From NCBI RefSeq assembly GCF_006345805.1, contig NW_021831705.1, positions 1 to 34,413 on the forward strand: a stretch of 34,413 nt of DNA. The letters run 5' to 3'. The DNA is from Octopus sinensis. Its lineage: Eukaryota. The notes beneath the pieces were generated by a model, which was given only the letters and a program-made list of their open reading frames with translations, had not been told where the DNA came from and ran no database searches. This document shows positions 1 to 10,761 of the stretch, piece after piece; the stretch's first letter is position 1; every line of letters begins with the position of its first letter. The position numbers and the translations under genes are program-made.

Positions 1-76
1 ACAAATCGAACTAGGCTCCTAAGAGCCTATGGCCAAACTCTTGGCCATGGGCTCTTAGGAGCCTAGTTCGATTTGT
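1..76. repeat. Near-perfect 36-bp hairpin with a 4-nt loop
   Basis: 1-36 is the reverse complement of 41-76 except one T/G pair. The loop is actc. Confidence 0.95.
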
Positions 77-115
77 TTTGCTCCGCCTCTGTTCTGTTTT
101 TTCCAACGGATTTCC

Positions 116-209
116 TATTTCTTCCTGAAGAGGAAAGACACAATATGGTCTCATTATTCAATCGGAATTTGGTAAATTGTGCCTTTCGAAACACGTGTAG
201 AATGAAATA
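116..209 (+). ncRNA. Minimal type I hammerhead ribozyme-like motif (Penelope pLTR type)
   Basis: CTGAAGA at 125-131 and GAAA at 188-191. Stem II is GAAAG.CACAAT/ATTGTG.CTTTC. Stem III is the palindrome ACACGTGT with a GTA cleavage triplet. Stem I is TATTTC-TTC/GAA-t-GAAATA. Confidence 0.7.
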
Positions 210-230
210 AAACGATTTCTTCAATTCACT

Positions 231-287
<57 letters not shown>

Positions 288-775
288 GAGGGTAGGCTGG
301 TTGTATTTCTATCAGGCAGAGTATTTTTAGTGGTATTAGTGTTTTAGTGGAGTTGCTGTTTTGCCCCAAATAATCTCTGATCAAGTAAAACCTATGGTAA
401 AAGATGTTCGTTCCAGTCGCGACAATCCAGTCTTTTCTTCAAATATAATGTATCTAGAACTAGATACCTTATGACTACTTTCTGTGTTTTGCCGACTTCT
501 TTCTGCGATTAGTAAGAGATTTAACTACTATTACTAGCCGAGTGATCAATCACTTAAATGCTCCCTCGTTGGTGCATTTCATCCGATTATTTAATCTGCA
601 GGAGATTAAATGCAGCTATTGATCCTTTACTGGATTAACTTTATCGGCGATTCTTTTCTTCCATCTACGACGTTGAAATAAGGAATAGGTCTTTGATAAC
701 GCGATAACATTCCAACAATTATCACACAGATCTTCCATTATTTATTAAATTTCATATTATATTATGACATAAGAA

Positions 776-1162
776 GTGGAGGCGCAATGGCCCAGTGGTT
801 AGGGCAGCGGACTCGTGGTCATAGGATCGCGGTTTCGATTCCCAGACCGGGCGTTGTGAGTGTTTATTGAGCGAAAACACCTAAAAGCTCCACGAGGCTC
901 CGGCAGGGGATGGTGGTGATCCCTGCTGTACTCTTTCACCACAACTTTCCCTCACTCTTACTTCCTGTTTCTGTTGTACCTGTATTTCAAGGGGCTGGCC
1001 TTGTCACTCTCTGTGTCACGCTGAATATCCCCGAGAACTACGTTAAGGGTGCACGTGTCTGTGGAGTGTTCAGCCACTTACATGTTAATTTCACGAGCAG
1101 GCTGTTCCGTTGATTCGGATCAACCGGAACCCTCAACGTCGTAACCGACGGAGTGCTTCCAA
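776..1162 (+). mobile_element. tRNA-derived SINE (family C in this report)
   Basis: tRNA-like head with A-box (tggcccagtgg) and B-box (gtttcgattcc). A near-identical inverted copy lies at 4157-4522. Confidence 0.8.
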
Positions 1163-1442
1163 CCTCATAACATGAGAGTAGCGGGTTGACAGAATAGTTA
1201 GGGCGTCGGAAAAAGCTTTGTGCATTTCTTTCGGCCCTTTAGGTGTTTAAATCCCACTAGGGTTGATAGAATGCTAGGGTCTTTGGTAGTGATTTACCAC
1301 CACCACCCACTCTCAACGGTTATACTGAATCTGGGAACTTCCCTTATTGGTCCCAAATGACTGGCTACCCCAACCTATGTAAATTTCACCCGGTGATTTT
1401 CGCCCTTTTATTGTCTGGTATCCATCGTCCTAGTGGCAAAAT

Positions 1443-1545
1443 AGAATTATCATTATCCTTATCCTCATCATCATCATCATTATCATTATCATCATTATTG
1501 TTGTTATTGTTATTATTATTATTATTGTTGTTGTTGTTATTATTA

Positions 1546-1592
<47 letters not shown>

Positions 1593-1767
1593 GTCATTAT
1601 CATTATCATCATTATTGTTGTTATTGTTATTATTATTGTTGTTGTTGTTGTTATTGTTATTATTGTTATTATTATTATTATTGTTGTTGTTATTGTTGTC
1701 GTTATTATTATTATTATTATTATTATTATCATTATTGCCATTATCATTATCATCATCATCATTATTA

Positions 1768-1817
<50 letters not shown>
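1443..1817. repeat. Compound trinucleotide microsatellite (TCA/TTA/TTG)n
   Basis: Read directly. It explains the poly-L, poly-N and poly-I ORFs. Confidence 0.97.
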
Positions 1818-1818
<1 letters not shown>

Positions 1819-2215
1819 GGCGGCGAGCTAGCAGAGTCGTTAGCACGCCGGACGAAATGCTTAGCGGCATTTCGCCCGTCGCTACGTTCTGAGTTCAAAT
1901 TCCACCGAGGTCGACTTTGCCTTTCATTCTTTCGGGGTCAATAAATTAAGTACCAGTCAAGTACTAGGGTCGATGTAATCGACAATCCTCCTTCCCCGAA
2001 ATTCGGACCTTCTGCCTATAGTAGAAAGGATTATTATTATTATTATTGAAGGCGGAGCGGTAGCAGAATCGTTAGCACACGGGATTAATGCTTAGCGGCA
2101 TTTCGCCCATCACAACGTTTTGGATTCATATTCCGCCGACGTCGATTTTGGCTTTCATCCTTTCGGTGCCGATAACTCAAATACCAGTGAAATTCTGGGG
2201 TTGATATGGTCGACT
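1818..2215 (+). mobile_element. Two adjacent copies of the family A SINE (the second is degenerate)
   Basis: Head ggcggcgagc...gttagcacgccgg, then gttctgagttcaaattcc...gtcgac...aagtaccag. The family recurs more than 10 times in the window. Confidence 0.8.
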
Positions 2216-2616
2216 GCCCCCTCTCCACCATGTAAAATAACTCGGAGCCAAGCCTTTCGTGAGAAACTGAAAGCCAAAACGTTTCAGGACACCCTTCGTA
2301 GTTTTGATTTGCACCACCTTGAACGATTTTAGTCGAACAAATCGATTCCAGTACATGTTTTATTTTTTAAGTGTGGCACGTATGCTAGTATACTATCGGT
2401 AGTTCTTTTCCGAGCTGCTAGTTACTAGGAGAGGATGTAAACCAACTAACACCGGTTGTCATCAGGTGGGTGACAAACACAGACACACAAATACACACAT
2501 ACACCCATACACACACACACACATATATATATGATATATATATATATATATATACATATATATATTATATATATATATATATATGTATATATATACATAT
2601 ATAATATATATATATA

Positions 2617-3900
2617 CGAGGGACGTTCAATAAGTAATGCCTCTGACCCACTTGCAGTTGTTTGATCTAGCTGAAATTTTGCATGTGCAATCATTTATAT
2701 CTCTATAGAGTACGTGACAAATTACAAATTAATTGTGGTTTCTGATTTACAGGTGTTTGAACCGAGTCAAGTGTGAAATGGAGCCTGTTGAGTGTCGAGC
2801 AGTGATCCGGTTTTTGTATTTGAAAGGACGCACACCACGGGAGACTTTTGATGAAATGAAAGTAACTTATGGTGATGATGCCCCATCATATGACCTTGTA
2901 AAACGCTGGCATCGTGAATTCAAACATGGTCGGAACTCTGTGGAAACAGCTCCCAGATCTGGTCGCCCCCTTCTGCCATTGATGAGGCATCTGTCCGTCA
3001 AGTTGAGGCTGCCATTTTGAAGATCGACGCATAATTATTCGCCAAATAGCCCATGAGGTCAAGATTAGTACCAGGTCTGTGGAAACTATCATTCATGACC
3101 ATTTGCATATGCAAAAGGTGTCTGCCAGATGGATTCCCAGGTTGCTCACGCCTTTCCAGAAGCAAGAACGCGTCGAGTGCTCGAGGGTGAATTTGGAGAT
3201 GTGCCAAAAAGATGAGTCAAAATTTTTCAAAAGACTGATTACACAGGATGAAACCTGGGTCCATCACGATGATCCAGAGACCAAATTCCACTCAATGCAG
3301 TGGAAGCACCGTGACTCACCCCCTCCAAAGAAGGCAAGGGTGCAGCCCTCCGCTGGCAAGGTCATGCTCACAGTCTTCTGGGACCAGGACGGAGTAGTGA
3401 TGACAGATTTCCTGGCAAAGGGTACCACAATTGCAGTAGCCTATTATTCTTCACTTTTGAGGAAATTAAGAGAAGTTATCAAAATCAAGAGGCGGGGCAA
3501 GATCAGCAAAGGCATCTCCTCCTGCAGGACAACGCTCCGGTCCACAACTCGCTCGTCGCCAGATCAGAAGCACAGGCGTTATGGCTATGAACTCCTCCCC
3601 ATCCCCCCTACTTTCCTGACCTTGCACCCTCTGATTTTCACCTCTTCCCAATCATGAAGTTGTTTTTGAAAGGAAAGCGTTTCCCAGATGATGCAGCCTT
3701 GATTTCTGAAGTCACGTTGAGGTTGGAGGACCAAGCTGGGTTCTTCTACAAAAACGGTCTCCAGAGCCGCATCAAACGGCGGGAGAAATGCGTAACTCTG
3801 GGTGGTTCCTATGTAGAAAAAGACTAATAACTGTGCCAAGTTTCGTTGCTCTACTGCTATGGGAAGTGGGTCAGGGGCATTACTTATTGAACGCCCCTCG
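2617..3900 (+). mobile_element. Full-length Tc1/mariner DNA transposon (1284 bp)
   Basis: ~37-bp TIRs CGAGGG(A/G)CGTTCAATAAGTAATGCC(T/C)CTGACCCACTT, a TA on each side, and an internal transposase. Confidence 0.95.
2778..3827 (+). pseudogene. Mariner transposase, frameshifted
   Basis: MEPVECRAVIRFLYLKG HTH region, WIPRLLT, ITQDETWVHH, LLQDNA and DLAPSDFHLF are spread over different frames. There are several frameshifts, near 2965, 3020 and 3520-3600. Confidence 0.92.
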
Positions 3901-3932
<32 letters not shown>

Positions 3933-4156
3933 CACAATGGGATTCCTTCAATTTCCGTCTACAAATCTACTCACAAGGTCTTGGTTGGCCGAAGGCTATA
4001 GTAGAATACACTTGCCCAGCTTGCCACGCGGTGGGACTGAAACCGGAGCCATGTGGTTAGAAAGCAAACTTCTTAAGACTTTTTTTCTAAATTGCTATGC
4101 GTACGTTGCCCCCCACCCCCACCCCCACCCCGATTAGATCAGCAAGCGAATAAATA

Positions 4157-4522
4157 TATGGAAGCACTCCGTCGGTTACGACGACGAGGGTTCCGGTTGA
4201 TCCGATCAACGGAACAACCTGCTCGTGAAATTAACGTGTAAGTGGCTGAGCACTCCACAGACACGTGTACCCTTAACGTAGTTCTCGGGGATATTCAGCG
4301 TGACACAGAGAGGGACAAGGCCGGCCCTTTGAAATACAGGTACAACAGAAACAGGAAGTAAGAGTGAGAGAAAGTTGTGGTGAAAGAGTACAACAGGGAT
4401 CACCACCATCCCTGCCGGAGCCTCGTGGAGCTTTAGGTGTTTTCGCTCAATAAACACTCACAACGCCCGGTCTGGGAATCGAAACCGCGATCCTACGACC
4501 GCGAGTCCGCTGCCCTAACCAC
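4157..4522 (-). mobile_element. Family C tRNA-derived SINE
   Basis: Reverse complement of 776-1162 at high identity. It ends about 30 bp from the exon G donor. Confidence 0.82.
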
Positions 4523-4550
4523 TATAGCAAATAGAAAAAAAACAACGTAC

Positions 4551-4618
4551 CCGAATTATCGAAGCCGTGGGTGAACTCATGCCCGACAACAGCACCAAAG
4601 ACGCCATATAAAAGGGGG
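4551..4618 (-). CDS. M13 peptidase exon G (68 nt, phase 2/1): PLLYGVFGAVVGHEFTHGFDNS(G), zinc-binding HExxH
   Basis: Acceptor tatttttcag, donor GTACGT. GHEFTHGFD is the canonical M13 zinc motif. I did not find the next exon in 1-4550. Confidence 0.96.
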
Positions 4619-4888
4619 CTGAAAAATAGCAACATAAGAACTATAAAAGGGTTTGGGGATACGTGAACCATTATTTTTTTTTTTATTAGACTCGGTCAGT
4701 TGACTGACTGCGGCCATGCCGGAGCACGGCTTTGAAGAGTTTGTTTCTTTTTTTTTTATCATTGTGATACTCGCTCTACCGATTCCTTTTGCCGAACCGC
4801 TAAGTTTACGAGCGCAAAAAACAATCTATCAACGGTTGTCAAGCGGTGGATTGACAAACATATACTCGCATACATACACACTCACACG

Positions 4889-4944
<56 letters not shown>

Positions 4945-4947
4945 TAC

Positions 4948-4978
<31 letters not shown>

Positions 4979-5028
4979 CCAAAATGTACGTACGCCGCTA
5001 TATATATATATACATATTATATTATGTA

Positions 5029-5076
<48 letters not shown>

Positions 5077-5140
5077 GTGTATGTATATATGATATTTATA
5101 TGTATAGATATGTATACATATATATCTACATATATATATT

Positions 5141-5217
<77 letters not shown>

Positions 5218-5227
5218 TATATATAAT

Positions 5228-5479
5228 ACAAAATGGGACAACAAAACATCCAGATAGACGATACCAAGAAAACAATGACGGGTCATTCGAAGTTTTCTTC
5301 CCTCACTCAAGTACCAGCAGCCGAAATTGCGAAAATAATCTGGTACTTGCCTGACGAAAGGAAAATTCGAATGACCCGTCCTTGTTTTCTTGATATCGTC
5401 TATCTGGATGTTTTGTTGTCCCATTTTTATTTTTGTATTACTTAACTGTCCGGATGTTTTGCATTCTTGTCCCATTTTG

Positions 5480-5480
<1 letters not shown>
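5228..5480. mobile_element. Fold-back MITE-like element in a (TA)n tract
   Basis: Termini acaaaatgggacaa...ttgtcccattttgt. An internal ~85-bp imperfect palindrome spans 5230-5427. Confidence 0.7.
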
Positions 5481-5510
<30 letters not shown>

Positions 5511-6407
5511 GAGAGAGAGAGAGAGAGAGAGAGATACGTGTATGTGTGTGTGTGTTTGTGTGTGTGTGTATGTGTAATGTATGCAAAAAGGGTTTGCGTT
5601 GCGCTACATGGATGCATCAGGGGTTGAACAATGTGCAACCCCACTAAGTTCATTCGATAGCTGCAAAGCTCTTTCTGTTGTATTTATGGTATATGTATAA
5701 TTATCATTTTCTTTTTCTGTTTTATATAGCCATAAGGCTTCGTGTTGTTGTAAATGCATAATTCTTTGTCTGTTGTATTTATATAATGTCTTGCTTGTTT
5801 CTGTCTTAGTATACATTCGCTAACTCTTTCCCAGTAGCTTAATAACAGCACTGGCGCCTCCAAAATTGAGTGGTCTCAATGGTAATGGCGCGAAACCATT
5901 ATGAAGGAAAAACTCAACTTCAAATATTCCGTGTATCGTGTCTTTGTCCCAATTTCCCTTTCGTTAAGTTTTCGTCTAGTTTCCATTTTTTCTGCTTTCG
6001 TCTAACTTTGTCTCCTTGTTGTGTTCTTTCTGTTCAAACCTTGGTATATATAATGAGCTTCCGCATAGTTTCCGTCAACCAAATTCACTCAAAAAGTGTT
6101 GGTCGCTCTAGGACTATAGTAGAAGGTGCCGCGCAATGAATCTGAACTCGAAACGACGTGGCTGCAAAGCGATCTTCTCAGCCACACGCCCATGACTTCG
6201 CCTAAGTAGAGGATTCAAAATTATGTTCAAGAGTTTTTCTATCAACTGTAGATTCAGTCAAGACATTCAAACTTACAATAAGTTTTGCCAAATTCATTAA
6301 ATCCTGCTTCAAAAATGTTGAAGAAACCTATAGGATTACTAGAAATTAACTAAGCAAAACACTGCAAAAACACAGGTGCAGGCGTGGCTGTGTGGTAAGA
6401 AGCTTGT

Positions 6408-6647
6408 GTGGTAAGAAGGCAGCGAGCTGGCAGAAACGTTAACACGCCGGACGAAATGCTTACTGGTATTTCGTCTACCATTACGTTCTGAGTTCCAATT
6501 CCGCTGAGGTCGACTTTGCTTTTCATCCTTTCGGGGTCGATTAAATAAGTACCAGTTGCGCACTGGAGTCGATATAATCGACTTAATCCGATTGTCTGTC
6601 CTTGTTTGTCCCCCCCTATGTTTAGCCCCTTGTGTGCAATGAAGAAA
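6408..6647 (+). mobile_element. Family A SINE nested in a family B head
   Basis: 12-bp TSD taagaagcttgt at 6396-6407 and 6648-6659. Confidence 0.85.
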
Positions 6648-6798
6648 TAAGAAGCTTGTTTCATAACCACTTTGTTCAGAGTTCAGTCCCATTCCGAGGC
6701 ACCCTGTGCAAGTGTCTTCTACTACAGCATCGGACCGACCAAAATCTCGTGAATGGATTTGGTAGACGGAGGCTGAAAGAAGCCCGTCGTATATATAT

Positions 6799-6893
<95 letters not shown>

Positions 6894-6897
<4 letters not shown>

Positions 6898-7031
6898 ATT
6901 AGGGCTCAGCAAAGATTTGCTTTACCACATACCACGAAGTTTAGAAATAGCAGCCAGAGAACCTTACCTATTTCCTCTATTTCTAAACTTCGGTATGTGG
7001 TAAAGCAAATCTTTGCTGAACCCTAATTATA
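6894..7031. mobile_element. Hairpin/MITE-like element (~55-bp arms)
   Basis: tataattagggctcagcaaagatttgctttaccacatacc...gaagtttagaaatag pairs with ctatttctaaacttcggtatgtggtaaagcaaatctttgctgaaccctaattata. Confidence 0.75.
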
Positions 7032-7158
7032 AAATAATACTTAAATTTACCGAGAAATGGACCTTTTTCATGCCGAATTCTACTTGATGAAATTATTGAT
7101 TACTAGTTAATTAATTTTACCCTTTGTTATTTTATATATATATATATATACATATATT

Positions 7159-7196
<38 letters not shown>

Positions 7197-7589
7197 GTGT
7201 GTGTGTGTGTGTGTGTGTGTGTCTGTGTCTGTGTCTGTGTGTGTGTGCGCGTGTGTGTGTTTGTTTGACCCCTTGACAAATTAATGGTTCGGCAAAAGAA
7301 CCTGATGGAATAGGTACGCAGCTTTAAAAATATATACAGGGGTCGCTTCATTCAACTTAAAATTCTTCAAGATGGTGCTCCTACATGGCCACAGTTTAAT
7401 GACTTTGAATGAAAAAAAAGAACACAGGGGAATCAGATAATTATGATTTTAATCAACATATTTCCCTCTCAGATTCACACACTTATTGTGGAGGTTCTTC
7501 AGTTTCTCTAAGAACCCGAAAAGTTGAGCTTCCAGACAGGCCTTTCATGATACCATTAAAGCGTGGAACTTTTGAGCAATCCTTCGTAT

Positions 7590-7907
7590 ATATATATATA
7601 TATATATACATACATACATGCATACATGCATACAAACATGCATGCATACATACATACATACATACATACATACACATACATACATACATACATACATACA
7701 TTACATACATACATACTTACATACACACACATACATACATACTACATACATACATACATACATACATACATACATACATACATACATACATACATACATA
7801 CATACATACATACATACATACATACATACATACATACATACATACATACATACATACATACATACATACATACATACATACATACATACATACATACATA
7901 CATACAT
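7590..7907. repeat. (TA)n/(CATA)n microsatellite
   Basis: Read directly. It is the source of the HTYI and MYVC ORFs. Confidence 0.97.
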
Positions 7908-7909
7908 TT

Positions 7910-8172
7910 CTTGGCGGTTTCTTGGTGTATAGGTTCCCCACGTGGACGGGACGCCGGTCCGTCACAGGTGAGCTGCAAGATGCAGGAGGAAAGAGTGAGA
8001 GAATGTTGTGGCGAAAGAGTCAGCAGAAGTTTCGCCATTACCATCTGCCGGAGCCGCGTGGATCTTAGGTGTTTTTGCTCATAAGCACACACATCGCCCG
8101 GTCTGAGATTCGAACCCGCGTTCCCTCGACCACAAGTCCGCTGCTCTAACCACTAGGCCATGTGCCTCCACA
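7910..8172 (-). mobile_element. Family C-related tRNA-derived SINE
   Basis: Reverse complement of the head of the copy at 9261-9560. Confidence 0.75.
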
Positions 8173-8484
8173 CATATATACCTACGTTGGGGAGCAGAAA
8201 AGTTCCCGGCTTTGGGTAGAAAGAAAATACAGGAGGATCAATTAATTATGATTTTATTCAACATATTCCACTCTTAGACACACGTACTTATTATAGTGGT
8301 TCCTTCAGTTTCTCTAAGCCCTGAAAAAGAGCTCGGAAGGCAAGGCTTCCAATCAGGCCTTTCGCGATATCCCTGAAACCAGGAAGTTTTCAGTACCCTG
8401 TCGTATACATCACACAAAACATTCATCTTCCTCGAAACATATGCGACCTGTATGTACCTCGTTGACACAAGTTGATATTGTATT

Positions 8485-8715
8485 CATCATCATCATCATC
8501 ATCATCATCGTTTAACGTCCGTTTTCCGCGCTAGCACGGGTTGGACGGTTTGACCGGGGTCTGGGAAGCCAGGGGCCCCTCCAGGCTCCAGTCTGATCTG
8601 GCAGAGTTTCTACGGCTGGATGCCCTTCCTAACGCCAACCACTCCGCGAGTGGAGTGGGTGCTTTTTACGTGCCACCTGCACATTTGCCGGGGGGTCCGG
8701 CATCGGTCACGATCT
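8485..8715 (-). mobile_element. Non-LTR retroelement 3' end with an (ATG)n tail (RTE-like LINE or derived SINE)
   Basis: A (CAT)n run followed by gtttaacgtcc...gtttctacggctggatgcccttcctaacgcc. Trinucleotide tails are typical of RTE-type 3' ends. Confidence 0.5.
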
Positions 8716-9260
8716 GTTCGAGCTTTTCTAGAGTTAAGTTGGGGGGGGGACCAGCTGAGAAAGGTTCCACCAGTGAAAATAGAGGGAGAGATAGTGGGGG
8801 GGTGCAGGCAATATAGGGAAGCACCAGTGGGGAAGGTTGGGGTAAGGAGGAACGATGACAGGGAAGGGTTAGTGCAGGTTCGTAAGAAATAAAAACGTAG
8901 GATATCACGAAGCGGGGAGGGGACTGGAAGGATTGAGGCAGTGACAAATTCAAAACAGGAGGTAACGTAAGATCAGTGGGGCGGTTGATGAGCTGCGGCG
9001 CTAGCAGCTTGTCTTGGTGGGGGGAAGGGGTAGTACACAGTGAAAGCATGTGAGGAGGAGGGGTAGGAGGAGGCATTTCTAATGTAATGAATTAAATGAA
9101 AGAAAACAATACAAATACTTGAAATTAAGTACCAGAACACTCCAAAAAATACATACAAATGAAAATAAAAGCTGTAAAAGTGAATACTTTACGGGAATTA
9201 GGTTTGTAAAAGAAATTCTACTTAATACTAAGAACAAAGCTGGTACCATTAGCACTCATT

Positions 9261-9897
9261 GTGGAGGCATGTGGCCTAGTGGTTAGAGCAGCGCACTCGC
9301 GGTCGAGGGATCGCGGGTTCGAATCTCAGACCGGACGATGTGTGTGTCTACGAGCAAAAACACCTAAGCTCCACGCGGTTCCGGCAGAAGGTAATGGCGA
9401 AACTTCTGCTGACTCTTTCGCCACAACTTTCTCTCACTTTTTCTTCCTGCGTCTTGCAGCTCACTTGCGACGGACCGGCGTCCCGTCCAGGTGGGGGGAA
9501 CCTATACGCTAAGGGAACTGGGAAACCGGCCCTTATGAGACAGGCGTGGCTAGAGAGTGAACAAACAAAAAAGTGGCATTAGCCGCTCTAAGATTCAGTC
9601 TTGATTTTCATGTTTTTCGTGTTTCTATTCAAATATAACAATTACAGCGTGAAAGACTCCTATTAGCCATTCAAAACATGGGCCCGGTTTCCCGGTTTCT
9701 ATGGCGTATGTGTCCCCCAGCTGGACGGGGCGCCAGTCCATCGCTGCGTTACTCATTTTTGCCAGCTGAGTGGACTGGAGCAACGTGAAATGAAGTGTTT
9801 TGCACAAGAACACAACGCGTCGCCCGGTCCAGGAATCGAAATCACAATCATACGATCATGATGCTGATACCCTAACCACTAAGCCACGTGCTTCCAC
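9261..9897. mobile_element. Two family C-related SINEs in opposite orientation (9261-9560 plus, 9660-9897 minus)
   Basis: tRNA-like heads gtggaggcatgtggcctagtggttag (plus) and gtggaagcacgtggcttagtggttag (minus). Confidence 0.7.
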
Positions 9898-10028
9898 AAG
9901 CTAATGCCACTCAACATCGATGAGCAACATTGATGCAATATGAAATGTTTTACTATGTGTATGTTGGTTTCTTTTCTTCTTTTCTATGATACAATCATTT
10001 GTGTTGAATGTCAAAAGCTATACATTAC

Positions 10029-10080
10029 CTGGGATAATTTTCATCGAAAAATGGTTTCTGCAATATTCCAGCAGGGAAAT
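10029..10080 (-). CDS. M13 peptidase exon F (52 nt, phase 1/2): (N)FPAGILQKPFFDENYP(S)
   Basis: Acceptor cattttag, donor GTAATG. Contains the FPAGILQxPFF motif. Confidence 0.95.
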
Positions 10081-10119
10081 CTAAAATGATAATAGTATAT
10101 TGAACATTATTATTGTAAG

Positions 10120-10560
10120 ATGCGGCAAGAAGGTAGAGTCGTTAACACACCGGAAAAAATGCTTAGCGGCCTTTCGTTCATCTTTACGTTCTGAGTTCAA
10201 ATTCCGCCAAGTTCGACTTTGCCTTTCATCCTTTTGGGGGTCGATGAATTAAGTACCAGTGAAACACTGGGGTCGATGTAATTGACTAGTCTGCTCCCCA
10301 CAAATTCCAGGCCTTGGGCTTTTAGTAGAAACGGCGAACTGGCAGAACCGTGAGCACGCCGGGAAAAATGCATAGCGGCACTTAGTCCGTCTTTACGTTC
10401 TGAGTTCAAATTCCGCTGAAATCAGCTTTGCTTTTCATCTTTTCTGGGTCGATGAAATAAGTACCAGTTACGCACTGGGGGGGGGGAGTCGATATAATCG
10501 ACTTACCCACTGCCCTGAACTTACTAGCCATGTACCAAAATTTGAAACCAATATCATTAT
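10120..10560 (+). mobile_element. Two degenerate family A SINEs in the intron between exons E and F
   Basis: Repeated ttctgagttcaaattccg...gtcgatg...aagtaccag core. Confidence 0.75.
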
Positions 10561-10702
10561 TGTGAGATGAGAGCATTATTTCCTCTCAGAAGGGCGCATT
10601 TTTTGTGCGTGCTTACGTTTTGTAATTAGCGCACAAAGGAAAAATAAATAAAATGCGCACACAATGTTTTCGAGATAAACTCCAGAAAGACAAAAAACTT
10701 AC

Positions 10703-10761
10703 TTATTGTGTTTCTAGAAGGATCATAGAAGGCATTAACCATGGCTGAAGGGATGTCTGAT
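10703..10761 (-). CDS. M13 peptidase exon E (59 nt, phase 2/1): SDIPSAMVNAFYDPSRNTI
   Basis: Acceptor cttttacag, donor GTAAGT. Contains the VNAFY substrate-binding motif. Confidence 0.95.

Larger units (their letters stand above)
2330..4075 (-). mobile_element. Family B SINE (tRNA-like head, internal microsatellite, tail) split by the mariner
   Basis: Head at about 3936-4075 and tail at about 2330-2480, in the same orientation and order as the intact copy at 13445-13985. Confidence 0.65.
6376..7410 (+). mobile_element. Family B SINE with nested insertions
   Basis: Head at 6376-6790, microsatellites, then a tail-like sequence at about 7260-7410. Confidence 0.6.
7425..8480 (-). mobile_element. 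Two remnants of the 3' end of a second mariner-like family (about 7425-7585 and 8181-8480)
   Basis: The two remnants are similar to each other. The minus strand reads as a degenerate mariner C-terminus and terminal repeat. They are separated by (CATA)n and a family C SINE. Confidence 0.5.

Noticed and set aside
776-860. tRNA-like sequences here and at about 9261-9330
   Set aside because: They are SINE heads. They continue into repeated bodies and lack a closing acceptor stem.
910-1113. 67-aa ORF with a near-identical partner at 4206-4457
   Set aside because: Both lie inside copies of the same SINE, so the similarity comes from the repeat and not from protein conservation.
1357-1870. Poly-L, poly-N and poly-I ORFs
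   Set aside because: Trinucleotide microsatellite.
4577-4762. ORF-track peptide containing AIFQPPF, resembling the M13 ILQPPF motif
   Set aside because: It is an out-of-frame reading across the exon G acceptor. The real FPAGILQKPF exon is at 10029-10080.
7409-8092. HTYI and MYVC repeat ORFs, and similar YI, HT and LSIY ORFs elsewhere
   Set aside because: Translations of (CATA)n, (TA)n, (CA)n and (GATA)n repeats.
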